The notes: generated by a model from the sequence alone, not told the origin. DNA of 64,000 nucleotides from Tagaea sp. (GCA_965279525.1 CBDIIB010000003.1:416001-480000); one strand, 5' to 3'; positions 9,632 through 19,038 are shown, counted from the first letter of the stretch. A program made the numbers and translations.

Positions 9632-9675
9632 AATTACAACTATAACTACTTCTGTAGGAGATGGCGGGGCACCCG

Positions 9676-11172
9676 CTATCCCTTCAGCACGAAGCCGTAA
9701 CGCGCGAGGCTGGGATCCGCGCCTTCCTTGAGGTACGCGGCCTTCACGGCGCTGACGGCGTCCGTCTCCAGTCCGGCCTTCTTGGCGTCGTACTTGTACA
9801 TCTTCGCCGAATTCGTGCCGAAGATCGCCGTCTTGATCGGCCCGTCCGCGGCACCCAGCGGCGCGAACCCATAGCGCTTCTGCATGTCGTCCGGGATTTC
9901 GAGCCGGCGCAGCGCTTCGATCTGCCATTGCGGGGCACCGGTCCAGATCGCGTCCGTGCCCCAGATCACGTGGTCGACCCCGAGACCCTTCACGAGGATG
10001 CCCATCATCGCGGCGCACAGGCGCGGCTCGACGACGGTGCTCTGCGCGAAGATCTGCCCGAGATCGCCGTAAACGTTGGACACGCCGAACTTCGCCGGGA
10101 TGTCGGCAAGGTCGCTGACCCATTCGACGCGGCCCGTCTCCTCGAACTGGCGCATGCCGGCACCGGCATTGCTGCCCGAGCCCCAGCGATAGGCCGAGTG
10201 GTAGATGACGAAATTGATCTGCGGCCAGTCCTTCGCCGCCTTGCCGACATCGTCGACCCGCGCATAGGGCGTGAGATGCGGGAACTGCGCTTCGACCGAC
10301 GGCGGATAGAGGCCCTTGTGGACGCACACGATGTTGTGCCCGGCCTTCAGCAGCTTCTCGTAGAAGGGATAGAGCAGCTTCTCGTCGTCGAGCCGCCAGG
10401 GATGGCGGGCGAGCTGCTTGTTGGTGTTGTCGCCGACCGTGTAGCCCTTCCACGAATCCGGCTTGTTGAGTTCGATGTCCTCATCGACCTTGTCGAGCCA
10501 GCCCGGCAGGCCCGGCATGAAGATCGCGTGCGACAGGCAGCGGCGCGTGCCGGCTGCCTGATTGACCGCATCGCGTGCCCGGCGCTTGTTCTCGTTGGTC
10601 AAGAACCAGTCCCGGGGATCTTCGGAACCGGAGCCGCTGATCAGCGCCACCTTCGTGTCGCTGTCGAGAAAGACCTCCTTGAACCAGTTCGGATACTTTA
10701 GATCCTCGAGCGTCTGCGGCTTGCCGGCCAGTGCCGGATTCCAGCCGGCCTGGCCGACCGCTTCGCGCGCGCGGACAAATCCCTGCAGCCGCGTATCGTC
10801 GCGCAGGAAGTGCGTATGGACATCCATCACGAACTGGCCGGCGAGGCCCTGCGCACGCTGCTGCGCCACCTCCACGCTTGCCGCTTCCGCCGATCCGACC
10901 GCGTAGAGCGGACCGTAGACCTCGTTCATCGCGACGAAAGCCGCGGCCATTCCCGCCGACGTCTTGAAGAACTGGCGACGGGACAGCTTGTTCTTCGCAC
11001 CCAGTTCGTCGCCGAGCGATTCGAGCCGCGCCTGGACGCGGGCCTGCCGCTCGGTCTGTGCCGTGGGCATGAACTCGTCCGAGGAGATCACCTGGGTGGG
11101 GATCGGGGTTCGCGGTGCGGCGGTCTCGGCCGGCACAAGCTGCGCCATTTCCGAATCGCTCAGCTGCGTCAT
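9676..11172 (-). CDS. Metal-dependent amidohydrolase (Amidohydro_2-like) with internal twin-arginine motif
   Basis: DVHTH metal motif, CVHKG, IYHS, WGTD; SRRQFFK motif; RBS GGAGG before ATG 11172. Confidence 0.85.
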   Translation of the reverse strand: MTQLSDSEMAQLVPAETAAPRTPIPTQVISSDEFMPTAQTERQARVQARLESLGDELGAKNKLSRRQFFKTSAGMAAAFVAMNEVYGPLYAVGSAEAASVEVAQQRAQGLAGQFVMDVHTHFLRDDTRLQGFVRAREAVGQAGWNPALAGKPQTLEDLKYPNWFKEVFLDSDTKVALISGSGSEDPRDWFLTNENKRRARDAVNQAAGTRRCLSHAIFMPGLPGWLDKVDEDIELNKPDSWKGYTVGDNTNKQLARHPWRLDDEKLLYPFYEKLLKAGHNIVCVHKGLYPPSVEAQFPHLTPYARVDDVGKAAKDWPQINFVIYHSAYRWGSGSNAGAGMRQFEETGRVEWVSDLADIPAKFGVSNVYGDLGQIFAQSTVVEPRLCAAMMGILVKGLGVDHVIWGTDAIWTGAPQWQIEALRRLEIPDDMQKRYGFAPLGAADGPIKTAIFGTNSAKMYKYDAKKAGLETDAVSAVKAAYLKEGADPSLARYGFVLKG

Positions 11173-11214
11173 GGCATCCTCCGGTGGATTGCGACGGTTA
11201 CCCGCATTCCCTAA

Positions 11215-11227
11215 AATCCTGATACAG
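11215..11227 (-). repeat. 13-bp inverted repeat, right copy AATCCTGATACAG
   Basis: Exact reverse complement of 9619-9631. Confidence 0.75.
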
Positions 11228-11301
11228 GTCGTGCATGCGGTCAATCCCACGGTCGGTTACAGGCCGGAAATCGGGATGCTTGCCTGTTCAGGGAGGCAAC
11301 A

Positions 11302-12147
11302 ATGTCGGGACTTGGTCGAACCGTTCAGCTTCCCGATGGCACGAAGGTGCCGGCATTCGGGCTCGGAACCTGGCGGATGGGCGAGCGCGTGCAGCTGCGG
11401 CAGGCCGAAACATCGGCGCTGCGCGCGGGGCTCGATCTCGGCGTGCGCCTGATCGACACTGCCGAAATGTACGGCGAGGGCGAGGCGGAGGGGATCGTCG
11501 GGGAGGCCGTCGCCGGCCGGCGCGACGAGGTCTACATCGTTTCGAAGGTCTATCCGCATAACGCAAGCCGCGCCGGCGTCGTCGCCGCCTGCGAGCGTTC
11601 GCTAAAACGCCTGAAGACCGACCGGCTCGATCTTTACCTGCTCCACTGGCGCGGGAACCACAAGCTGGCCGATACGGTCGCCGGCTTCGAGACGCTGAAG
11701 GCGGCCGGGAAGATCCGGGCCTGGGGCGTCAGCAATCTCGATGTCGAGGACATGGACGAGCTGCATGCGGCAGCTGGCGGCAAAGCCTGTGCGACCAACC
11801 AGGTCCTCTACAACCTGGCCCGGCGCGGGATCGAGGCGGGGCTGCTCGCATGGTGCCGGAAGCACCGCGTCCCGATCATGGCCTATTCGCCGCTCGATCA
11901 GGCACGCATACCCGGCGCCCCGGGTCTAGCGGCCGTCGCCAAGCGCCATGGCGTGACGCCGGCCCAGATCATGCTCGCCTGGGTCGCGCGGCATCCCGAC
12001 GCGATCGTCATTCCGAAAGCCGTCAAAGCCGAACACCTGCGCGCCAATATCGCGGCAATGGATCTGGCGCTTGCGGCAGAAGATCTGGCGGATCTGGATC
12101 GCGCGTTCCCGCCGCCGAAGCGGCGGGAAGCCCTCGAGATGCTTTAG
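11302..12147 (+). CDS. Aldo/keto reductase
   Basis: [31 protein letters not shown] motifs; RBS GGGAGG. Confidence 0.92.
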   Translation: MSGLGRTVQLPDGTKVPAFGLGTWRMGERVQLRQAETSALRAGLDLGVRLIDTAEMYGEGEAEGIVGEAVAGRRDEVYIVSKVYPHNASRAGVVAACERSLKRLKTDRLDLYLLHWRGNHKLADTVAGFETLKAAGKIRAWGVSNLDVEDMDELHAAAGGKACATNQVLYNLARRGIEAGLLAWCRKHRVPIMAYSPLDQARIPGAPGLAAVAKRHGVTPAQIMLAWVARHPDAIVIPKAVKAEHLRANIAAMDLALAAEDLADLDRAFPPPKRREALEML

Positions 12148-12158
12148 AACGCCCGGGT

Positions 12159-13070
12159 TCAGGCGTTCGCGGATGCCGTCTCGCGTGCAAGGTCGCGCGT
12201 GCGCGCCTGCAGTTTGGCAAGCGCACGCTCTTCGAGCTGGCGCACGCGCTCGCGGCTGACGCCGAAGCGCTTGGAGAGATCCTCGAGCGTTTCCGGCTCG
12301 TCGCACAGGTTGCGCGCGCGCACGATCTCGCGCTCGCGCTCGTCGAGCGTGAGGAGTGCGCGATCCACGAGATTGCGCTGCCAGCGCCGTTCGTCGTCCG
12401 CCACGACCTGGCCTTCGACGTCGACGTTCGGATCGGCGATCTCGCTCGGGAGCGTCTCGCCGTTGCCGGTGCGGATGGGCGCGTCGAGCGGCACGATGGC
12501 GCCACGTGCGGCGACCTCGATCTCGATGACGTCCTTCTCGCCCAGGCGCGTGGCCTTGGCGATCTTGGTCACGTCAGCCTGCGTCAGGCGCGTGTCGGAT
12601 TCGATGCCGAGCTTGCGCTTCACCGAATTGAGGCTGAACAGCAGCTTCTTGCGCGCGACGGCCGTGCCGATGGTGACCATCGACCAGGAGCCCAGGACGA
12701 ATTCCTGGATCGCGGCCTTGATCCACCACATCGCATAGGTCGACAGGCGCACACCCCGTTCCGGGTCGAAGCGCTTGACGGCATGCATGAGCCCGATATT
12801 GCCTTCGGCGATCAGGTCGGGGACGGGCAGGCCGTAGCCGCGGTACTTCCACGCCATCTTCACGACGAGACGCAGATGGCTGGTGACGAGCTTGTGGGCC
12901 GCGTCGACGTCCTGATGGTCGCGCCAGGCGCGGCCAAGGGCGCGCTCTTCCTCGGGCTCGAGCATGGGGAAGCGCTGGATTTCGGCCAGATAGCGGCCAA
13001 GCTCCGCGCGGACGGAATTGCGGGGGATTGAAACGGCCGGGACATCTGCCGGCGTAGCGGCGTACGACAT
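12159..13070 (-). CDS. rpoH: RNA polymerase sigma-32 family factor (RpoH paralogue)
   Basis: AAHKLVTSHLRLVVK, YRGYGLPVPDLIAEGNIGLM, FDPERGVRLSTYAMWWI, degenerate RpoH box RKKLLFSL, region 4 VSRERVRQLE. Confidence 0.88.
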   Translation of the reverse strand: MSYAATPADVPAVSIPRNSVRAELGRYLAEIQRFPMLEPEEERALGRAWRDHQDVDAAHKLVTSHLRLVVKMAWKYRGYGLPVPDLIAEGNIGLMHAVKRFDPERGVRLSTYAMWWIKAAIQEFVLGSWSMVTIGTAVARKKLLFSLNSVKRKLGIESDTRLTQADVTKIAKATRLGEKDVIEIEVAARGAIVPLDAPIRTGNGETLPSEIADPNVDVEGQVVADDERRWQRNLVDRALLTLDEREREIVRARNLCDEPETLEDLSKRFGVSRERVRQLEERALAKLQARTRDLARETASANA

Positions 13071-13140
13071 GGATCACCCTCCTTGAGGCTTGATCGTCGA
13101 TCACTTTTCGGACCCCATGTGGGCATCCGATGTCGTCCAA

Positions 13141-13168
13141 AGTAAGGCGTCGTCGGGCGTTAATCAAG
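13141..13168 (-). promoter_or_regulatory. Possible sigma-32-type promoter upstream of rpoH
   Basis: Minus strand CTTGAT-N15-CCTTACT resembles alphaproteobacterial RpoH consensus CTTGAA-N15/16-CCTATAT; overlaps palindrome TTAATC-AA-GATTAA (13160-13173). Confidence 0.3.
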
Positions 13169-13275
13169 ATTAATGGGGCATGAGACCGGCGCAGGGCTGG
13201 CCTGCACGGACGGCGGAAGTCCTGTTCCTGCAAGTATCTGAAAAAATTACAGAATCGTAAAATTCAAATCGGCTG

Positions 13276-14736
13276 TCAGGCGCCCCGGTCCAGCGCTTCC
13301 CAAGCCTGCTTCTTGCGGTAGATCGTCGACGGGCTGATTTCCAGGAACGCCGCCGCGCGCGGGATGTTGCCGTCGCAGGCGGCGATGGCGGCCTCGATGA
13401 TCTCGCGCTCCGAAATCCAGAGCGGACGGATGCGCGGCTTGCCGCTCGAGGTGGCCGTCGCGAGATCTTCGTCCATCGCGGCGGGCTTCACGATCGTGGG
13501 CACGTTCGCGCCGAGCGTGCTTTCGCCGATGTGACGCGGCAGCATGTCGAGACGCACCGCATCGCCGTCGTGAAGGACGACGATCGAGCGCATCACGTTT
13601 TCGATTTCGCGCACGTTGCCGGGCCACGGATATGAGCGGAGCGCGTATTCGGCATCCGGCGCTATGTCGCGAAAGCCCTTGCTTTCGTCCTTGGCGAAGC
13701 GTTGCAGCGCGTGTCGGGCGAGCAGCACGGCGTCGTCTTCGCGCTCGCGAACGGGCGGCAACTGCACCGGAATGACGTGGAGGCGGAAGAACAGGTCTTC
13801 GCGCAGGCGCCCCAGCTTGACTTCCTGGCGCGCCTCGCGCGTGGACGAGCAGACGAGACGCACGTCGGAAGCCTCGCTCGGCCCGCCGCCCAAGGGCTCG
13901 ACGATTCCGGTCTCGAGAAACCGGAGCAGCTTGCTCTGGAGGCCGGCATCCATGTCGCCGACTTCCTCGAGGAAAAGCGTGCCGCCGTTCGCGCGCGCAA
14001 GTGCGCCCTTCTTGTCGTCGGCGGCACCGACAAAGGCGCCCTTGCGATGCCCGAAGAGTTCGCTTTCAAGGGAGTCGCGGGGCAGGGCAGCGCACGACAC
14101 GCTGACGAACGCGCCGGCCGCGCGCGTGGAGCGCCGGTGGATCGCGTCGGCACAGACTTCCTTGCCCGTACCGCTTTCGCCGCTCACATAGATCGGCGCC
14201 TGGCTGGGTGCCGCACTGTCGACGATCCGGTAGACGCGCTGCATGGCGAGCGATGCGCCGACAAAACCGAAATACCGGTTGCGGCCGAATTCGGACTCGT
14301 AGGTATCGACGGCCGTGCGAAGGCGGCGACGCTCCATGGCGTTGCGCATCGTCACCAGGAGCCGGTCGCGCGCGAACGGCTTGACGATGAAGTCGAAAGC
14401 ACCCTCCCGCATGGCCTCGACCGCGACGGCCAGCGTTCCCGTGGCGGTCACGACCAGCGTCTCGAGCGGCAGGCTCTGCCGGCGGATTTCCTTCAACACG
14501 GAAAGGCCGTTTCCGTCGGGCAGATTGAGATCGAGGACGACGGCATCGAAAGGCTCGGAGCCGAGCAGCCCGAGCGCGCTCGCGACCGTTCCTGCGACCT
14601 TCACCCGATAGTCCGCCGAACGGAGATATTCTTCATAAAGAGCTGCGGTCGCCTCGGAGTCCTCGACGACCAGAATCGCCGGCGAAGAACGGGTGGCAGC
14701 CTTGATTTCGCTCGCAGTGGGTAAAACTTCCGTCAT
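13276..14736 (-). CDS. REC-AAA+-Fis HTH response regulator, LuxO-like, degenerate GAFTGA
   Basis: ILVVED...VLDLNLPD receiver; GESGTGKE; ESELFGHRKGAFVGA; WPGNVRE; C-terminal GNIPRAAAFLEISPSTIYRK. Confidence 0.88.
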   Translation of the reverse strand: MTEVLPTASEIKAATRSSPAILVVEDSEATAALYEEYLRSADYRVKVAGTVASALGLLGSEPFDAVVLDLNLPDGNGLSVLKEIRRQSLPLETLVVTATGTLAVAVEAMREGAFDFIVKPFARDRLLVTMRNAMERRRLRTAVDTYESEFGRNRYFGFVGASLAMQRVYRIVDSAAPSQAPIYVSGESGTGKEVCADAIHRRSTRAAGAFVSVSCAALPRDSLESELFGHRKGAFVGAADDKKGALARANGGTLFLEEVGDMDAGLQSKLLRFLETGIVEPLGGGPSEASDVRLVCSSTREARQEVKLGRLREDLFFRLHVIPVQLPPVREREDDAVLLARHALQRFAKDESKGFRDIAPDAEYALRSYPWPGNVREIENVMRSIVVLHDGDAVRLDMLPRHIGESTLGANVPTIVKPAAMDEDLATATSSGKPRIRPLWISEREIIEAAIAACDGNIPRAAAFLEISPSTIYRKKQAWEALDRGA

Positions 14737-14902
14737 TGGTCGGAGTATGTCCGGGTGGGTACCGCCGACGCAAGCGGTTAACGCCAACGGCTTCCACCAC
14801 AAAGGCCTTCCCTTGCAAAATCCCGCCGACTAAGGTCTCGTCCAACGAGAAGATATCGAACAGGCAAAAGTCCAAAACGAAGCTTTTTACGGGGCCGGAC
14901 GG

Positions 14903-15817
14903 GTGGAGTATTTTCTACAACAATTGATCAATGGACTGACGCTTGGTGCGATCTACGGTTTGATCGCAATCGGTTATACGATGGTCTACGGGATCATCGG
15001 CATGATCAATTTCGCCCACGGCGAAGTCTACATGATCGGCGCGTTCATTTCGGTCATCACGTTCACGATTCTCGGTCCCTTCGGCTTCGCGAGCCCGGTG
15101 CTCGCGATCATCGTCGTGCTGATCGTGGCGCTCGTGTTCACGTCGGTCTATGGCTGGACGGTCGAGCGGATCGCCTACCGGCCCCTGCGCGGGTCTTTCA
15201 GGCTGGCGCCGCTCATCTCCGCGATCGGCGTCTCGATCTTCCTGCAGAATTATGTCCACATGCTGCAGGGCGCCAAGATGAAGCCGGTCCAGCCGGTCGT
15301 GCGCGGCGGCTTCGTGCTTGCCGAGGAGGCGGGCTTCGTCGTGCAGATCACCTATCTGCAGATCGGGATCATCGCCGCCACGCTCGTGCTGATGGCGGGC
15401 TTCACGCTGCTGATCCACCGCACGTCGCTGGGGCGCTCGCAGCGCGCGTGCGAGCAGGACCGCAAGATGGCCGCACTGCTCGGCGTCAATGTCGACCGGA
15501 CGATCTCGCTCACGTTCGTCATGGGTGCCGCCCTCGCGGCAGTCGCCGGACTGATCTTCACGCTCTATTACGGGGCCGTCGACTTCTTCATCGGGTTCCT
15601 CGCCGGCCTCAAGGCGTTCACGGCCGCCGTCCTCGGCGGGATCGGGTCGCTGCCGGGGGCCATGCTCGGCGGATTGCTGATCGGTCTCATCGAGGCATTC
15701 TGGTCGGCGCATTTCCCGATCGCGTACAAGGACGTCGCGGTGTTCGGCATCCTCGTCATCGTCCTCATTTTCCGTCCGACCGGCCTGCTCGGCCGGCCGG
15801 ACATCGAGAAGGTCTGA
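14903..15817 (+). CDS. livH: Branched-chain amino acid ABC permease
   Basis: QQLINGLTLGAIYGLIAIGYTMVYGIIGMINFAHGEV. Confidence 0.93.
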   Translation: MEYFLQQLINGLTLGAIYGLIAIGYTMVYGIIGMINFAHGEVYMIGAFISVITFTILGPFGFASPVLAIIVVLIVALVFTSVYGWTVERIAYRPLRGSFRLAPLISAIGVSIFLQNYVHMLQGAKMKPVQPVVRGGFVLAEEAGFVVQITYLQIGIIAATLVLMAGFTLLIHRTSLGRSQRACEQDRKMAALLGVNVDRTISLTFVMGAALAAVAGLIFTLYYGAVDFFIGFLAGLKAFTAAVLGGIGSLPGAMLGGLLIGLIEAFWSAHFPIAYKDVAVFGILVIVLIFRPTGLLGRPDIEKV

Positions 15818-15821
15818 GCGC

Positions 15822-17075
15822 ATGCCTGGCGCGAAGTTCGGCGGTGCACTGCGCGAATCCGCACTTGCGGCACTTGTCGCCCTGCTGCTGGCCATCCCGC
15901 TCGTCGGGCTGCGGCTTACCGAAGGCCTCCAGGGACTGGGCATCGAGACGCGTTTCGACTGGGTCGCGTGGGGTGTCGGGATCGTCTTTTTCGGCCGCCT
16001 GGGCCTGGCGCTTTCGCGCGGCTCGCGCGGCGACCTGCTCGGCCGGATGCCGGCCATGCCGAAGTTCCCGACGGGCACGGGCAGCGCCGTCGCCGGCCTG
16101 CTGCTGGTCCTTGCCGTCGCGATGCCGCTGCTGCCCGTCGCGGACCGCTACATGGTCGAGATCGCCATCACCGTCCTCATCTACGTGATGCTCGGCTGGG
16201 GCCTGAACATCGTCGTTGGTCTCGCCGGGCTGCTCGATCTGGGTTACGTCGCTTTCTACGCGGTCGGTGCCTACACGTATGCATTGCTCGCGATCAACTT
16301 CGACATCTCGTTCTGGCTCTGCCTGCCGATCGCCGGACTGTTCGCGGCACTTTTCGGTATCATCCTCGGCTTCCCGGTCCTTCGCCTGCGCGGCGACTAT
16401 CTTGCGATCGTCACGCTCGGCTTCGGCGAGATGATCCGCATCGTCCTGCTGAACTGGAAAGACTTCTCCGGCGGCCCCAACGGCATCTCGTCGATCCCGC
16501 GGCCCGATTTCTTCGGCTTTCCCTTCGCGCGCGATGGCGAGGGACAGACCACCTTCCACGAACTGTTCGGTCTCGAATTCAGCCCGATGCATCGCATCGT
16601 GTTCCTCTACTACCTGATCCTGATTCTCGCGCTGCTGACCAACTGGTTCACGCTGCGCATGCGCAAGCTGCCGGTCGGCCGCGCGTGGGAAGCCCTGCGC
16701 GAGGACGAGATCGCGTGCCGGGCGCTGGGCATCAATCCGACGAACGTGAAGCTTTCCGCCTTCGCGCTCGGGGCCATGTTCGGCGGGTTCGCGGGCGCGT
16801 TCTTCGCCACGCGCCAGGGCTTCATCAGCCCCGAAAGCTTCTCCTTCATCGAAAGCGCCGTCATCCTCGCGATCGTCGTGCTCGGCGGCATGGGCAGCCA
16901 GATGGGCGTGGTCATCGCCGCCGCGTTCCTGATCCTCGTGCCCGAGCTGCTGCGCGACTTCTCGCAGTACCGGATGGTGCTGTTCGGCATGGCGATGGTG
17001 CTCATCATGCTGTGGCGGCCGCAGGGGCTGGTGTCGCATCGCGCACCCAGCGCCCGGCTGGAGGCAGGCACATGA
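15822..17075 (+). CDS. livM: Branched-chain amino acid ABC permease
   Basis: GLNIVVGLAGLLDLGYVAF, LRLRGDYLAIVTLGFGE, GRAWEALREDE. Confidence 0.93.
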   Translation: MPGAKFGGALRESALAALVALLLAIPLVGLRLTEGLQGLGIETRFDWVAWGVGIVFFGRLGLALSRGSRGDLLGRMPAMPKFPTGTGSAVAGLLLVLAVAMPLLPVADRYMVEIAITVLIYVMLGWGLNIVVGLAGLLDLGYVAFYAVGAYTYALLAINFDISFWLCLPIAGLFAALFGIILGFPVLRLRGDYLAIVTLGFGEMIRIVLLNWKDFSGGPNGISSIPRPDFFGFPFARDGEGQTTFHELFGLEFSPMHRIVFLYYLILILALLTNWFTLRMRKLPVGRAWEALREDEIACRALGINPTNVKLSAFALGAMFGGFAGAFFATRQGFISPESFSFIESAVILAIVVLGGMGSQMGVVIAAAFLILVPELLRDFSQYRMVLFGMAMVLIMLWRPQGLVSHRAPSARLEAGT

Positions 17076-17878
17076 GCCTGCTGACGGTCGAACATCTGAC
17101 GATCCGTTTCGGCGGCCTCGTCGCCGTCGACGACGTGAGCTTCACGGCCGACGACCGGCGCATCACGGCGATCATCGGGCCGAACGGTGCCGGCAAGACG
17201 ACGGTCTTCAACTGCCTCACCGGGTTCTACAAGCCGGATGTCGGCTGCATGCGGCTGGCGAAGGACGGCCGCGAATGGCTGCTCGAGCGGATGGAAGGGT
17301 TCCGGATCTCGCAACAGGCCGGCGTCGCGCGCACGTTCCAGAACATCCGCCTGTTCCCGAAGATGACCGTGCTGGAGAACCTGCTGGTCGCCCAGCACAA
17401 CGTGCTGCAGGCCGCCTCGGTGTTCTCGCTCGCCGGATTGCTCGGGCTTTCCAGCTTTCGGACCGCCGAACGCGCGGCGATCGAGCGTGCCCGCCACTGG
17501 CTCGACCGGATCGGCATGATCCATCTGGCGAACGACGAGGCGGGCAGCCTTCCCTATGGCGCCCAGCGCCGCCTCGAGATCGCGCGCGCGATGTGCACGA
17601 ATCCCCGGCTGCTTTGTCTCGACGAACCGGCGGCCGGGCTCAACCCCGCGGAGTCCGCCCAGCTCGCGACGCTCGTCCGGCGCATCCGGGACGAGGACGG
17701 CATCGCGATCCTGCTGATCGAACATGACATGAGCGTGGTGATGGAGATTTCCGACCGCATCGTCGTGCTCGATCACGGCCGCAAGATCGCCGAGGGGACG
17801 CCCGATCAGGTGCGCGACGATCCAGAAGTGATCCGCGCCTATCTGGGTGCCGCCGAAGACGAGGTCGTAACGCCATGA
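17072..17878 (+). CDS. livG: Branched-chain amino acid ABC ATPase
   Basis: Start MSLLTVEHL overlapping the livM stop; GPNGAGKT, ARTFQNIRLF, LPYGAQRRLEIARA. Confidence 0.93.
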   Translation: MSLLTVEHLTIRFGGLVAVDDVSFTADDRRITAIIGPNGAGKTTVFNCLTGFYKPDVGCMRLAKDGREWLLERMEGFRISQQAGVARTFQNIRLFPKMTVLENLLVAQHNVLQAASVFSLAGLLGLSSFRTAERAAIERARHWLDRIGMIHLANDEAGSLPYGAQRRLEIARAMCTNPRLLCLDEPAAGLNPAESAQLATLVRRIRDEDGIAILLIEHDMSVVMEISDRIVVLDHGRKIAEGTPDQVRDDPEVIRAYLGAAEDEVVTP

Positions 17879-18603
17879 CCGCGCGGCCGCTGCTGTCCGT
17901 CCAGGACGTCAAGGCGAACTACGGGCCGGTCGAGGCGCTGCGCGGCGTTTCGCTCGACGTCTTTCCCGGCGAGATCGTGGCCCTGATCGGCGCCAACGGG
18001 GCCGGCAAGTCGACCCTGCTGATGACGATCTGCGGCGACCCGCGCGCGAGTGCGGGCAAGATCCTCTACGACGGTGCCGAGATCACCAATACGCCACTGC
18101 ACGAGATGGTCCGGCTCGGCATCGCCCAGTCGCCGGAGGGGCGGCGGATTTTCCCGCGCATGAGCGTCATCGAGAACCTCCAGATGGGGGCGTTCGCCGG
18201 AGATCCGGCGAATTTCGACAGCGACCTTGATCGCGTACTGCGTCTGTTCCCGCGTCTTGCCGAGCGCCGGGACCAGCGCGCCGGCACAATGTCGGGTGGC
18301 GAGCAGCAGATGCTCGCCATAGGCCGTGCCCTGATGAGCCGGCCGCGACTTTTGCTGCTGGACGAACCGTCGCTTGGCCTTGCCCCCTTGCTCGTCGCCC
18401 AGATTTTCGCGACCATCCGGGAAATCAACCGCAGCGAAGGGGTGACGGTGTTGCTGGTCGAACAGAACGCCTACCATGCGTTGCGGCTGGCGCACCGGGG
18501 CTACGTCCTGGTGAACGGGTCGATCCGGATGAGCGGCGCGGGTGCCGAACTGCTGGCCAACCCGGACATCCAGAAGGCGTATCTTGCCGGGGGTCATCAT
18601 TGA
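17875..18603 (+). CDS. livF: Branched-chain amino acid ABC ATPase
   Basis: GANGAGKS, SPEGRRIF, MSGGEQQMLAIGRALM, DEPSLGLAP. Confidence 0.93.
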   Translation: MTARPLLSVQDVKANYGPVEALRGVSLDVFPGEIVALIGANGAGKSTLLMTICGDPRASAGKILYDGAEITNTPLHEMVRLGIAQSPEGRRIFPRMSVIENLQMGAFAGDPANFDSDLDRVLRLFPRLAERRDQRAGTMSGGEQQMLAIGRALMSRPRLLLLDEPSLGLAPLLVAQIFATIREINRSEGVTVLLVEQNAYHALRLAHRGYVLVNGSIRMSGAGAELLANPDIQKAYLAGGHH

Positions 18604-18619
18604 TGGCGGGGACTGGCAC

Positions 18620-19000
18620 ATGACCGGCTTCAGCTTTGCCGAGTTCTTCTTCCTCACGCTGATCCTTTTCGGCGGCGCGGGCTTTCTGATGGGACAGGCG
18701 CTGGCACAGACGTGGCGGCCGTGGTGGCACGCGATGCCCTATGCGGCCTTGATGGCGGCGGCCAACCGGTTCCTGTCCTTCTCGCTGTTCGAAGGGGACC
18801 TGCGCGCCATCGCCCCGTTTCTTCTGGATTTCGCGGTCGTCGCCGGGCTTGCGATGCTGGCCTACCGCATCACGCGCGCGCGGACGATGACGCGCCAGTA
18901 TCCATGGCTCTACGAGCCGGACGGACTTTTCGGCTGGCGGACGCGCGAAGCGTCTGCCGGTCCGCCTGCTGCCGGGTCCCAGGACCGGCGCGGGCATTAA
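18620..19000 (+). CDS. Small conserved membrane protein of alphaproteobacterial liv operons (DUF6867-like)
   Basis: Three hydrophobic segments; GQALAQTWRPWW and MTRQYPWLY motifs; position between livF and livK. Confidence 0.75.
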   Translation: MTGFSFAEFFFLTLILFGGAGFLMGQALAQTWRPWWHAMPYAALMAAANRFLSFSLFEGDLRAIAPFLLDFAVVAGLAMLAYRITRARTMTRQYPWLYEPDGLFGWRTREASAGPPAAGSQDRRGH

Positions 19001-19038
19001 TGCGACTTGGGACTTCAACTTCAACAAGGAGAACTGGA

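Noticed and set aside
13160-13173. CtrA box
   Set aside because: Spacing is TTAA-N6-TTAA, not N7
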